NCBI GenBank assembly: GCA_902774175.1
Contig: CACYHG010000001.1
Span: 2,721 to 66,720, forward strand
DNA: 64,000 nucleotides
Source: an uncultured Bacteroidota bacterium
GTDB lineage: Bacteria > Bacteroidota > Bacteroidia > Bacteroidales > WCHB1-69
Direction of reading: 5' to 3'
The notes below the pieces were generated by a model, which was not told where the DNA came from, searched no databases, and saw nothing but the letters and a program-made list of their open reading frames with translations. The translations under genes and the position numbers were made by a program. Of this stretch, positions 46,127 through 55,163 are shown in pieces; position 1 is the first letter of the stretch; every line of letters begins with the position of its first letter.

Positions 46127-47350
46127 TTACATTTTCCTTATCACCAGGGCGCTGTTGGTGCCGCCGAAACCGAAGGAGTTTGAAAGGACCGTATTGAGCT
46201 CCTTTCCTGTCGTGACATTGATTATGTTCAGCTTTTCCGAATACTCGTCCGGCTCCTCAAAATTGATGTTGGGCGCGATAAAGCCGTTCCGCATCATCAG
46301 GATGGAGTAGACAGCCTCACTGGCCCCGGCCATCCAGCACTCGTGTCCGGTCATCGACTTGGTGGAGGAGATTGGCGTTTGCAGGGGACCGAACAGATTG
46401 GCCAGAGCCATGGCCTCGAACATGTCCCCCTGCGGAGTTGAAGTTGCATGCGCATTCACATAATCGATATCCTCCGCACGCACGCCGGCATCATCCATGG
46501 CACGCCGCATAGCCCGCATACAGCCCTCCTCACTGGGCTGGGAAATATGCGGTTCCCCGTTGGAGGAAAAGCCATATCCGGCAATTTCAGCATATATTTC
46601 CGCACCGCGCGCCACCGCATGTTCATAATCCTCAAGAATAAGGGTGGCAGCGCCACCGCCCGGCACCAGACCGTCCCTGTTCCTGTCAAACGGGCGGGAG
46701 GCCTTGGTGGGTTCGTCAGTTCGTACGGAAAAGGCGTTTATGCCGTCGAAACTGCCCATGGAAAGATAATTTGTCTCCTGGGCGCCACCGCAAATCACCA
46801 CATCCTGCATACCGTTGCGGATCAGCATTGCGCCCAGTCCGATGGCATGGGAGCCGCTGGCACAGGCCGCGCTGATGGTCATGTTTATCCCCTTCAGTCT
46901 GAAAATGGTTGAGAGGTTCATTGTGACAGTGGAGTTCATGGACTGAAAAATTGCGGCCGAACCGATCAGCGTGGTGTCCCTCTTCTCCACAGCAATCTCA
47001 TGGGAGGTTATCACCGCCTTGGCGGACGAATCGTTACCGAACAGCACACCAACCTCGTTTTTGGCCAGATATTCTTCATCAATACCGGCCTGCTTCAATG
47101 CGGCCAAGGTGGACATGTAGGCATATTCGCCCTCCTCCGCCAGATACATACGTAACTTGCGGTCCAGCAAGCCCTTCAGCTGGGGCTTTTCAACAATGCC
47201 TGTCAAAGGGGAACGGTATCCGTAGGCCACGCGCTCCGGATCAATCCCGATGCCGGACCTGCCCTCCCTGAGAGAGGCGCACACAGCATCCAAAGAGGTC
47301 CCCAAACAGGACCATATCCCCATACCTGTCACGACCACCCTGCGTCCCAT
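46127..47350 (-). CDS. Beta-ketoacyl-ACP synthase (FabB/F-like)
   Basis: SAACASG, HATST, KSMTGH, SNSFGFGG. Confidence 0.92.
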   Translation of the reverse strand: MGRRVVVTGMGIWSCLGTSLDAVCASLREGRSGIGIDPERVAYGYRSPLTGIVEKPQLKGLLDRKLRMYLAEEGEYAYMSTLAALKQAGIDEEYLAKNEVGVLFGNDSSAKAVITSHEIAVEKRDTTLIGSAAIFQSMNSTVTMNLSTIFRLKGINMTISAACASGSHAIGLGAMLIRNGMQDVVICGGAQETNYLSMGSFDGINAFSVRTDEPTKASRPFDRNRDGLVPGGGAATLILEDYEHAVARGAEIYAEIAGYGFSSNGEPHISQPSEEGCMRAMRRAMDDAGVRAEDIDYVNAHATSTPQGDMFEAMALANLFGPLQTPISSTKSMTGHECWMAGASEAVYSILMMRNGFIAPNINFEEPDEYSEKLNIINVTTGKELNTVLSNSFGFGGTNSALVIRKM

Positions 47351-47370
47351 ATCCGAAAAACTGCCTTTAA

Positions 47371-47919
47371 TTACCACTCAATTCCTATGCGCAGCGAAAT
47401 GCCGGTCGGATCCGCCTCCTTGGGTATCCACTTGGTTATCCGGTTGCCCAGGATGTCATACTCATATTCGCTGGCTTCGTATTTGACCTTGTCGAAATAG
47501 GAGGCGGCCAACATCAGATTCACAGCGAAATCCCTTTTTGATGCAAAACGGACACCGACTGCCAGATCGGCATATCCGCCCGTATTGTAGGAAGAGGTGT
47601 ATGAACCGATACGGACACCGACCACAGGGCTCACCGCCTTCTGATTGGTAAACAGGTAGCGCATTGAGGCATAGAAGGGGAACAGGTTGAAATCCGTGTT
47701 ACGCTCAAAACCGACACCGACACCCACATACATGTTTCCGTTAAAATAGAAACCGTGAGTGGTGGAAAGTGAAATTGTGGAAGAGAGATCCTTGGTGAAA
47801 TGCCAGCAGTTCCCCTCTTCGAGGAAACCCTGGTAACCGCTCGGCACGCGCACACCCTCCTGCTGCGCATAAGCCGTCATCCCGCAGAACAGCGCAATGG
47901 TAAACAACAATTTTTTCAT
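47371..47919 (-). CDS. Putative small outer-membrane beta-barrel protein
   Basis: Signal peptide MKKLLFTIALFCGMTAYA; alternating amphipathic strands; terminal aromatic residue (ISLRIGIEW). Confidence 0.65.
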   Translation of the reverse strand: MKKLLFTIALFCGMTAYAQQEGVRVPSGYQGFLEEGNCWHFTKDLSSTISLSTTHGFYFNGNMYVGVGVGFERNTDFNLFPFYASMRYLFTNQKAVSPVVGVRIGSYTSSYNTGGYADLAVGVRFASKRDFAVNLMLAASYFDKVKYEASEYEYDILGNRITKWIPKEADPTGISLRIGIEW

Positions 47920-47947
47920 GATATCCAGTTTTATGATTTTAAACATT

Positions 47948-48676
47948 TTATGTATACAATCCTCCATTTACGGAGATTACTTGTCCTGTTATGTAGGAGG
48001 CCTCTGCAGATGCCAGGAAGGAGACCAGCGCGGCCACCTCCTCCGGCTTTCCGAAACGTCCTGCCGGTATCAGCTTCTTCAGTTCAGCCTCGTTCAAATC
48101 CTGTGTCATATCCGTGGCGATGAAACCGGGCGCAACCGCATTCACAGTCACCTTGCGTGCCGCCACCTCCTGTGCAAGAGCCTTGGTCGCCCCGATAAGC
48201 GCGGCCTTTGCCGCCGAATAGTTGCCCTGTCCGGGCAGACCCTTCAGACCGGAGAGCGATGAAATGTTTATGATACGGCCGTTGCGGTGTGTAAGCATAT
48301 CCTTCAACAAACGGCGTGTCACATAAAAGAAACCGTTCAGGGTGACATCAAGCACGTTATGCCACTGTTCCCCATTCATGAAAATCATCAGGTTGTCGGA
48401 ACGGATGCCGGCATTGTTCACCAGCACGGAGATGTAATCCTCCGCATGGGATTCCGCCCACCGCTCCAAAGACGCCTCAATTGCCTTTGGGTCCGACACG
48501 TCGAACGGGAGCAGCTCCGCCTTCCCGCCCGCATCCTCAATCTGGCGTTTCACCTCTTCAGCGGCGGCGGTTTGCGAACGGTAGTTCAACAGCACCGGAA
48601 AACCATCCTGCGCCAAACGCAGCGCAACAGCCTTCCCAATCCCGCGCGAAGCGCCTGTCACCAAAGCATACTCCAT
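47948..48676 (-). CDS. fabG: 3-oxoacyl-ACP reductase
   Basis: TGASRGIG, NNAG, YSAAK. Confidence 0.92.
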   Translation of the reverse strand: MEYALVTGASRGIGKAVALRLAQDGFPVLLNYRSQTAAAEEVKRQIEDAGGKAELLPFDVSDPKAIEASLERWAESHAEDYISVLVNNAGIRSDNLMIFMNGEQWHNVLDVTLNGFFYVTRRLLKDMLTHRNGRIINISSLSGLKGLPGQGNYSAAKAALIGATKALAQEVAARKVTVNAVAPGFIATDMTQDLNEAELKKLIPAGRFGKPEEVAALVSFLASAEASYITGQVISVNGGLYT

Positions 48677-48679
48677 ACG

Positions 48680-50218
48680 CTATTTAGTTTTTATCTGATT
48701 ATTTTTCAAGAAAAGCTCCACTTTGCCTATCTCCTCATAAAAGGGGCTGTCCTCCACAAAGAAGGGCTGTATCTTTCGGATTTCATCATATGCCCGCCTT
48801 GAGACGGCGCCGATTTTGTCAGCCACCTTCAGGCAGTCGGTGGCCTGCGCCAGGGCAATGTACAGAACTGACATCACTTGGAAGGCGTTCTCCACCACCG
48901 TCCTACAGATCAAGGCCGTATTGGTGCCCATACTGACAATGTCCTGGTTGTCGTTGTTGTTCGGAATACTGTGCACATAATTGGGCATGGCCAACGTCTG
49001 GCATTCGGCCGTTGTGGAGGTGGCGGTGAACTGGCAGGCCTGCATCCCATAGTTCAGACCAAGGGTGCCTGCGTTCAAAAATGGTGGAAGTATGCCGTTT
49101 ATGCGGTCATGCATAAGATAGTTCAGCTGCCGTTCGGCGATCATGACCAGCCTTACCAGCGCGATTTTGACCTTGTCCTCCTCCAGGGAGATGTAGTCCC
49201 CATGGAAATTGCCGCCGTGGTACACATTGCCCGTTTCCGGATCCACAATCGGATTGTCGCAGGCAGAATTCAGCTCATCTTCGAGAACCTTACGCGAATT
49301 GTAAAGTGTCTCCCACACAGGTCCGAGAATCTGCGGTACACACCGCAGGGAATAATATGCCTGCACCTTTTTGGTGAAATATGACTCCCCTTCGTGGCGG
49401 CTGTCATAGAAGGCATGCTCCCGCTTCTGCAGCAGACGGCTCCCCTCAGAAAGCTGCCGCATACGCCCGGCAATCACCTGCTGCCCCTCGTGACGCCTGC
49501 AGACGTTTTCCGGCTCGCTCATGAAATCATCGAACGATGAGGCGATTTCATTAATCCAGACAGAGGCCAGCGTCTCCCAATCCAACAGCCGCTCCGCATA
49601 CATCTGGTTGATTATGCCGATTCCGGTCATCACTGAAGTGCCGTTTGTAAGCGAAAGCCCCTCGCGCACATGCATATGCAGAGGCTGCAGCCCGTTTTCT
49701 GCCAGCACATCGGCCGACGGACGCCACTCGCCCCTGTAATGCACCTTTCCCTCCCCGATAAGGCAGAGTGCGATGTGCGCCAACTGGACCAGATCACCGC
49801 TTGCTCCAACGCTACCGTGCCGGGGCACAAACGGGATGATGTCACGGTTTATGAACTCAACCAGCAGCTGTACAGCCTCCGGATGGACACCGGAGCGGCA
49901 CTGCAGCACAGTACCCACACGCGCCATCATCGCCGCCTTGACGCACATGTCGTCCAAAGGCTCGCCGGCACCGCAGGCATGGCTACGGATTATGTTGTAC
50001 TGCAGTTCGGACAAAAAGCGGTCATCCACGCGCCACTGCGCCATGGGGCCGAATCCCGTATTGATTCCGTATATCACCTTGTCCCTTGAAAAATCCTTCA
50101 AAAAAAGATGACAGCGCATAACATCCTCCATGCAAGCCTTGTCCACCGACACAGGCTCGCCATGCACCGCAACCTTCAAGACATCGTCAAGACTGATTCT
50201 TCCCTTTAACTGCAACAT
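48680..50218 (-). CDS. MIO-dependent aromatic amino acid ammonia-lyase (TAL/PAL/HAL family)
   Basis: YGINTGFG, GSVGASGDL (MIO-forming ASG), YSLRC, GGNFHG, NQDIVSMG. Confidence 0.92.
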   Translation of the reverse strand: MLQLKGRISLDDVLKVAVHGEPVSVDKACMEDVMRCHLFLKDFSRDKVIYGINTGFGPMAQWRVDDRFLSELQYNIIRSHACGAGEPLDDMCVKAAMMARVGTVLQCRSGVHPEAVQLLVEFINRDIIPFVPRHGSVGASGDLVQLAHIALCLIGEGKVHYRGEWRPSADVLAENGLQPLHMHVREGLSLTNGTSVMTGIGIINQMYAERLLDWETLASVWINEIASSFDDFMSEPENVCRRHEGQQVIAGRMRQLSEGSRLLQKREHAFYDSRHEGESYFTKKVQAYYSLRCVPQILGPVWETLYNSRKVLEDELNSACDNPIVDPETGNVYHGGNFHGDYISLEEDKVKIALVRLVMIAERQLNYLMHDRINGILPPFLNAGTLGLNYGMQACQFTATSTTAECQTLAMPNYVHSIPNNNDNQDIVSMGTNTALICRTVVENAFQVMSVLYIALAQATDCLKVADKIGAVSRRAYDEIRKIQPFFVEDSPFYEEIGKVELFLKNNQIKTK

Positions 50219-50244
50219 GGTTATATTTCCAAAAAAACAAATTG

Positions 50245-50252
50245 CAAAGGTA
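50245..50252 (-). promoter_or_regulatory. -7 promoter element heading the PKS operon
   Basis: TACCTTTG(CA), 27 nt upstream of the lyase ATG. Confidence 0.6.
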
Positions 50253-50293
50253 GTTAAAAAAGGAAAATGTTTCCCTAAAAAACAGGATTTTTT

Positions 50294-51313
50294 TCACAAA
50301 AAACACTCCGTGCCCCTGCGCAAATCATACACCGGAAGCCGCACCGCCTCCGCCATCGCGGCACATAACCGCTCCGAATCCATCACATACCCTGTCGGAG
50401 AAAGGGGATTCACACAAATGGCTGCGATTGACGCCCTCCAGAGCACGGAAATCCTGAAGCCATTATGTACCAGCAATCTGTATACCTGCGGACTGAGAAA
50501 AATACGGGTGAAGTCACGCACAACAATTTCCGCCTCAGAAAAAAATGGGACATTCATCAGCGCATTCGCAATGGCATCGGTAAAGGCACCGGCGAAGAAA
50601 ACGGCACGAGCACCGGAACCGGAGGGCCATTTGTGGTTTCTAAGGTTCAGGGCAGTGGTCAGGCCGGGGTCATACCATTCCCCGTCTGGGGCGGCAACGC
50701 GCATTCCGCCCTCCACTGCGGCGAGCGCATCGCGTGAAACCCGACCGGTTTCAGGCAGACGGATCCACTCCACCTGCAGCGCAGTGTCACGGAGCAGCGT
50801 CGGAAGATGTAGGGAATAGGCCGCACCGGTGGTCAGCACCAATGCCTCCGTAACGGCAGGTGAGGCAGAGCTGCGGCGGGAAAGGGCACCGTCCACCAGA
50901 ACAAAATCGGGATGCCACGGAGAAATCTCACCCATCCAGCGCCTGAGACCGTTCGCAGTTGACGGCCCGGAGAGCATCACCTTCCCAGGGCATCGTGTCC
51001 GTGCAATCACAATCCGTCCCAACGACGTGCCCTCATTGCTGAACCCCAGAATCTCCGCATCCAGCCTACGCTGCCGGTAATGGGTTTCGGAAGTTGAGAA
51101 AATCACACCCTCACGCAAAAAAATCTCCGGCTTGGGTGTCTCCGTGACACGGTCGGAACGCTCCCCGTCCACACCGATTGAAGTCACCGCAATAACCCGT
51201 CCGGACGGATAATGCGCCAGAATATGGTTCAGGCACACCGTCTTGCCGGTATTCTTCTCCATGCCGATTACCGCACAGCTTTTATATCCTAACAAACGTT
51301 CGGTCAGTTCCAT
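50294..51313 (-). CDS. kamB: KamB-like P-loop protein of lysine fermentation clusters
   Basis: IGMEKNTGKT, TSIGVDGE, VDGALSR; immediately downstream of kamA. Confidence 0.75.
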   Translation of the reverse strand: MELTERLLGYKSCAVIGMEKNTGKTVCLNHILAHYPSGRVIAVTSIGVDGERSDRVTETPKPEIFLREGVIFSTSETHYRQRRLDAEILGFSNEGTSLGRIVIARTRCPGKVMLSGPSTANGLRRWMGEISPWHPDFVLVDGALSRRSSASPAVTEALVLTTGAAYSLHLPTLLRDTALQVEWIRLPETGRVSRDALAAVEGGMRVAAPDGEWYDPGLTTALNLRNHKWPSGSGARAVFFAGAFTDAIANALMNVPFFSEAEIVVRDFTRIFLSPQVYRLLVHNGFRISVLWRASIAAICVNPLSPTGYVMDSERLCAAMAEAVRLPVYDLRRGTECFL

Positions 51314-51319
51314 TCATAC

Positions 51320-51350
51320 AAAACCGGAAACGCGGATACCGCGTTTCCGG
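51320..51350 (-). terminator. Perfect 12-bp hairpin after kamA (terminator or RNA-stabilising stem)
   Basis: CCGGAAACGCGG-ATA-CCGCGTTTCCGG, followed by UUUUG on the minus strand. Confidence 0.65.
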
Positions 51351-51379
51351 AAAATAAAATGAAAACAACTAATTTCTCG

Positions 51380-52651
51380 TTATTTGACGCCTTTGTTCCG
51401 CTCGTGACGGATAAGATGAGCAGGTTCCAGATTCATGCGCTCGCCCTCAAGAAGGGAGATCACACCGTCCACTGCAGCGTTGTCCGCCTTCTTTTCAGCC
51501 GCCTTGCGGCATTCTGGACACCTGCATGAGCTGTGGTATTCCTCCGGCTCGGTATAGGTGGTGATCACACCCTCGAAATTGCGGAGCACAACCTTGCCCG
51601 GCGCCTGGGAAATGACATACTGCGGCATCACAGGCGTCTTGCCGCCGCCACCAGGCGCATCCACCACAAAGGTGGGCACACAGAATCCTGAGGTGTGGCC
51701 GCGCAACCCCTCAATGATTTCAATCCCCTTGGAGACCGGCGTGCGGAAATGCTCCAGCCCCTGGGAGAGGTCACACTGGTAGATATAGTACGGACGCACC
51801 CGCATCTTCACCAGCAGATGCACCAGATCGCGCATAACATGCACGCAGTCGTTCACGCCGCGCAGCAGCACGCTCTGGTTACCAAGCGGAACACCCGCAT
51901 CGGCCAGCATCTCACATGCACGCACCGCCTCAGGCGTCACCTCGTTCGGATGGTTGAAATGGGTGTTGAGCCATACCGGATGGTATTTTTTCAGCATAGC
52001 GCACAATTCCGGCGTGATGCGTTGCGGACAGACGACCGGCGTGCGGCTGCCGATACGGACAATCTCCACATGCGGGATGGCCCGCAGCCGTCTGATGATG
52101 TATTCCAGCTTCTCGTCCCCGACCATCAGCGCATCTCCGCCACTGAGCAGCACGTCGCGCACGCACTCCGTCCTTTCGATGTATTCCAACGCCTTCTCAA
52201 TACGGTCGGAGGTAGACTCGCAGTCCTTCTGGCCCGCAAAACGGCGGCGGGTGCAGTGCCGGCAGTACATCGAGCACATGTCGGTGATAAGGAACAGCAC
52301 ACGGTCAGGATAGCGGTGGGTAAGGCCGGGGGTCGGCGAATCCTCGTCCTCATGCAGCGGATCGAGCAGATCGGCGGGCGAAATGTGGGTTTCCGCCGCC
52401 GTGGGGATGCACTGCCGCCGGACAGGATCGTCCGGGTCATCGGGATTAATCAGGCTCAGGTAATATGGGGTGATGGCCATGCGCAACGTCTCCAGCGACT
52501 TGCGAACGCCCTCCTCCTCTTCTGCTGTGAGACGGATGTACTTTTTCAGCTCATCCAGCGTCTCAATGCGGTTCCTGACCTGCCATTTCCAATTGTTCCA
52601 TTCCGCATCGGAAACATCCGGGAACAACTGTTTTCTTCTTGATTCAGCCAT
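51380..52651 (-). CDS. kamA: L-lysine 2,3-aminomutase
   Basis: LTHRYPDR, CSMYCRHC, LRGHTSG, DAPGGGGK (PLP Lys), C-terminal Cys cluster. Confidence 0.96.
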   Translation of the reverse strand: MAESRRKQLFPDVSDAEWNNWKWQVRNRIETLDELKKYIRLTAEEEEGVRKSLETLRMAITPYYLSLINPDDPDDPVRRQCIPTAAETHISPADLLDPLHEDEDSPTPGLTHRYPDRVLFLITDMCSMYCRHCTRRRFAGQKDCESTSDRIEKALEYIERTECVRDVLLSGGDALMVGDEKLEYIIRRLRAIPHVEIVRIGSRTPVVCPQRITPELCAMLKKYHPVWLNTHFNHPNEVTPEAVRACEMLADAGVPLGNQSVLLRGVNDCVHVMRDLVHLLVKMRVRPYYIYQCDLSQGLEHFRTPVSKGIEIIEGLRGHTSGFCVPTFVVDAPGGGGKTPVMPQYVISQAPGKVVLRNFEGVITTYTEPEEYHSSCRCPECRKAAEKKADNAAVDGVISLLEGERMNLEPAHLIRHERNKGVK

Positions 52652-52668
52652 AAATCATTTTTGTTTAT

Positions 52669-52696
52669 GTAGAGACGCGGCATGCCGCGTCTCTAC
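52669..52696. repeat. REP-like 28-nt palindrome
   Basis: GTAGAGACG-CGGCATGCCG-CGTCTCTAC, between kdd and kamA. Confidence 0.85.
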
Positions 52697-52707
52697 ACAT
52701 GTGTTAA

Positions 52708-53781
52708 TTACGCATACAATTCTTCAAAAATTTTGCGCAGTTCCGGAGATTCGCGCAATTCCTGCAGGGTGAATTCGGCATGTCCCTTGGTGTAACCGTT
52801 GCCCATAATCATGTTCACATCGCTGCCTATGCCTTCGGCCCCGAGGCTTGCCTTGGTGAAGCTGGTGGCCATGCTGAAGAAATAGACTATGCCGTCATCC
52901 TTGGTGCAGAGCACGGCGGTCATCTCCTGATCCGGAACATTCACGCAGTTGATGGTGACATCGGCCATCTTGCCGTCGGTGAGGCGCTCGACCATTTCAT
53001 AGACCTGAACCGGAGTCATGCCGGCTGCGCTCTCCACAATGTCGCAGAAGCCGAGATCCTTGATACGCTGGGTGCTCTTGGGACTGTTGGCGATGCCAAT
53101 GACCTTGCCGGTCACACCGACTCGCTTTTTGGCCTCATAGCAGCAGAGCATGCCGCTCTTGCCACCGGCACCGAGAATCACGACGGTCTGTCCGTACTGG
53201 CAGAGTTTGGCGGTCTGGGCGGGGGCTCCGGCCACGTCAAGGGCGCTCAATGCCAACTTTTCAGGCATGTCGGTCGGAATCTTGGCATAGATACCGCTCT
53301 CGAAGAGGATGGCCTTGCCCTTGATGTCCACCTGGTCAACATCGGGACGGATTTCCAGAATCTCGTCAATGCGCAGCGGAGTCAGCGAGAGGCTGACAAG
53401 CGTGGCGATGCGGTCGCCCTCCTTCAGGTCAATCTTGCCCTTGAGAGCGTCGCCGATCTTCTCGACCTTGCCGAGCAGCATGCCGCCAGAGCCGGTACGG
53501 CGGTTGCGGTGCTTCCCCTGCAGTTCCACATTGAGGAGCATCTCCTTTTTGACCTCCTCCATGATTTTTTCTTCGCTGGCGCCTTCGCCCGCCTGCTGTT
53601 TGGCGTAGTTGTGGATGTCGGTGAAGGATGCCGAGTCGATATTCAGGGTCTGCACATCGATGAGAATCTCGTTGTCCCAGATTTCATCCATATTGTTGTT
53701 CAGTTTATTCGCAGGCTGCGGAAGCACGCCTTTCGGTTCAATCACACGATGGGTTCCGTATTTGTTTCCTTTCTTTTGCAT
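52708..53781 (-). CDS. kdd: L-erythro-3,5-diaminohexanoate dehydrogenase
   Basis: KYGTHRVIEPKGVLPQPA, LNIDSASF, TGSGGML, SLSLTPL, GAGGKSG. Confidence 0.93.
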   Translation of the reverse strand: MQKKGNKYGTHRVIEPKGVLPQPANKLNNNMDEIWDNEILIDVQTLNIDSASFTDIHNYAKQQAGEGASEEKIMEEVKKEMLLNVELQGKHRNRRTGSGGMLLGKVEKIGDALKGKIDLKEGDRIATLVSLSLTPLRIDEILEIRPDVDQVDIKGKAILFESGIYAKIPTDMPEKLALSALDVAGAPAQTAKLCQYGQTVVILGAGGKSGMLCCYEAKKRVGVTGKVIGIANSPKSTQRIKDLGFCDIVESAAGMTPVQVYEMVERLTDGKMADVTINCVNVPDQEMTAVLCTKDDGIVYFFSMATSFTKASLGAEGIGSDVNMIMGNGYTKGHAEFTLQELRESPELRKIFEELYA

Positions 53782-53841
53782 ATCTTTAATTATTTTTATG
53801 TTAATGTATTTAACTATATTCTGACTTCTGTCTTCTGATTT

Positions 53842-54669
53842 CTATCTTCTCAACCCCAAAATCTCCCTTGCCTCGTCCGAAGTGGCAATCGGCCGACCAA
53901 GTTCTTGTGCGATGCGCACCACCTTGGCCACCAGTTCACCGTTAGACTTGGCGGGCACTCCCTTGGCAAGATTCAGGTTGTCCTCGAAGCCGACACGCAC
54001 ATTGCCGCCCATTGCAATGGCAGCAGCGGCCATCGGGAATGCGTGGCGTCCGATACCGGTCACTGTCCAGGTGCTGCCTGCGGGGATTCCGTTCACCAGC
54101 CAGCAGAGGTTGGCCACAGTCGCGGGGGTGCAGCCGGGAACGCCCAGCACGAAATTGAACTGCATCGGGCTGCCGGGGACCTCGCCCTTGCGGGCCATGG
54201 TCAGCACCGTATCCAGATGCCCCATCTCAAAGCACTCGTACTCCGGCTTGATGCCGCGCTCCATCATCCGCTTGCCGAAGGCACGCATGGTAGGCATGGT
54301 GTTGTCGAAAATCTCGTCCCCAAAATTGCAGGTGCCGCAATCCAGCGTGGCCATTTCAGGCACCGGCGTGGTGTCGGTGGACTGCAGCCGCTCATCGGGT
54401 GTCATTCCGACCGCGCCTCCAGTGGAGGGGATCAGTATCACGTTCGGGCAGGCCTTGTAGATGGCCTCCTCACACTCCTGGAAACGGTCGCGGCTCTGGG
54501 TCGGTGTACCGTCGTCCCAGCGGACATGCAGATGCACGATGGCCGCACCGGCATCCACCGCCGACCTGGCCTCCCTGACAATCTCCTCTACCGTATATGG
54601 GACCGCCGGATTCTGCTCCTTGGTCACCTCCGCGCCACAGATGGCGGCGGTAATAATCAGTTTGTCCAT
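53842..54669 (-). CDS. kce: 3-keto-5-aminohexanoate cleavage enzyme
   Basis: LIITAAICGAE, HLH metal motif, STGG, RVGFEDN. Confidence 0.93.
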   Translation of the reverse strand: MDKLIITAAICGAEVTKEQNPAVPYTVEEIVREARSAVDAGAAIVHLHVRWDDGTPTQSRDRFQECEEAIYKACPNVILIPSTGGAVGMTPDERLQSTDTTPVPEMATLDCGTCNFGDEIFDNTMPTMRAFGKRMMERGIKPEYECFEMGHLDTVLTMARKGEVPGSPMQFNFVLGVPGCTPATVANLCWLVNGIPAGSTWTVTGIGRHAFPMAAAAIAMGGNVRVGFEDNLNLAKGVPAKSNGELVAKVVRIAQELGRPIATSDEAREILGLRR

Positions 54670-54696
54670 TTGCTCTCCTTTTACATTTAATTAATA

Positions 54697-55089
54697 TTAA
54701 CCCTTGCGCTGGCACTCCTTGAGGGTGACACAGGTACCGGAGGCACGGCATACAAGCACCGGCTCATCCAGCACATCGGCAGCCGAATCGGAGATATCGG
54801 GGCGCGGTGCGATCACCTTGTAGGCCTCAAACTCCATCTTGCGGGAGCTCTTCCCCTCCGAAACAATACGTCCGGTCGCCTCAATGTAGTCACCGGCATA
54901 CACGGGAGCCAGAAACTCCACATTGTCGTATGCACGGAAAAGCCCCTCGTCGCCGTCCCGCTGGATCAGCAGCTCTGTGGCCACGTCACCGAACAGATGG
55001 AGCATGTGGGCCCCGTCCACCAGATTGCCCCCGTAATGGGCATCCTTCGCGCTCATGCGCAAACGGATTGTTGATTTGTATTCCTTCAT
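54697..55089 (-). CDS. kal: 3-aminobutyryl-CoA ammonia-lyase
   Basis: [24 protein letters not shown]; hot-dog fold. Confidence 0.92.
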   Translation of the reverse strand: MKEYKSTIRLRMSAKDAHYGGNLVDGAHMLHLFGDVATELLIQRDGDEGLFRAYDNVEFLAPVYAGDYIEATGRIVSEGKSSRKMEFEAYKVIAPRPDISDSAADVLDEPVLVCRASGTCVTLKECQRKG

Positions 55090-55115
55090 CTTGACTTTAT
55101 AATTTAGTTCAAATA

Positions 55116-55163
55116 GGGTTTCAGGGGGTTAAAACCTTAAACTCTTAAACTCCTTAAACTCTT
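55116..55163 (-). repeat. Composite short-tandem-repeat element (GAGTTTAAG x3 + CCTGAAACCC)
   Basis: Its reverse complement matches the organisation of 63659..63713. Confidence 0.7.

Noticed and set aside
48680-50218. hutH of histidine catabolism
   Set aside because: No hutU/I/G in the window, and the gene is translationally coupled to fabG at the head of a PKS operon.
21780-50290. PKS block as an autonomous mobile island
   Set aside because: No integrase, transposase, tRNA or flanking direct repeat could be found by eye, so insertion is inferred from gene order only.
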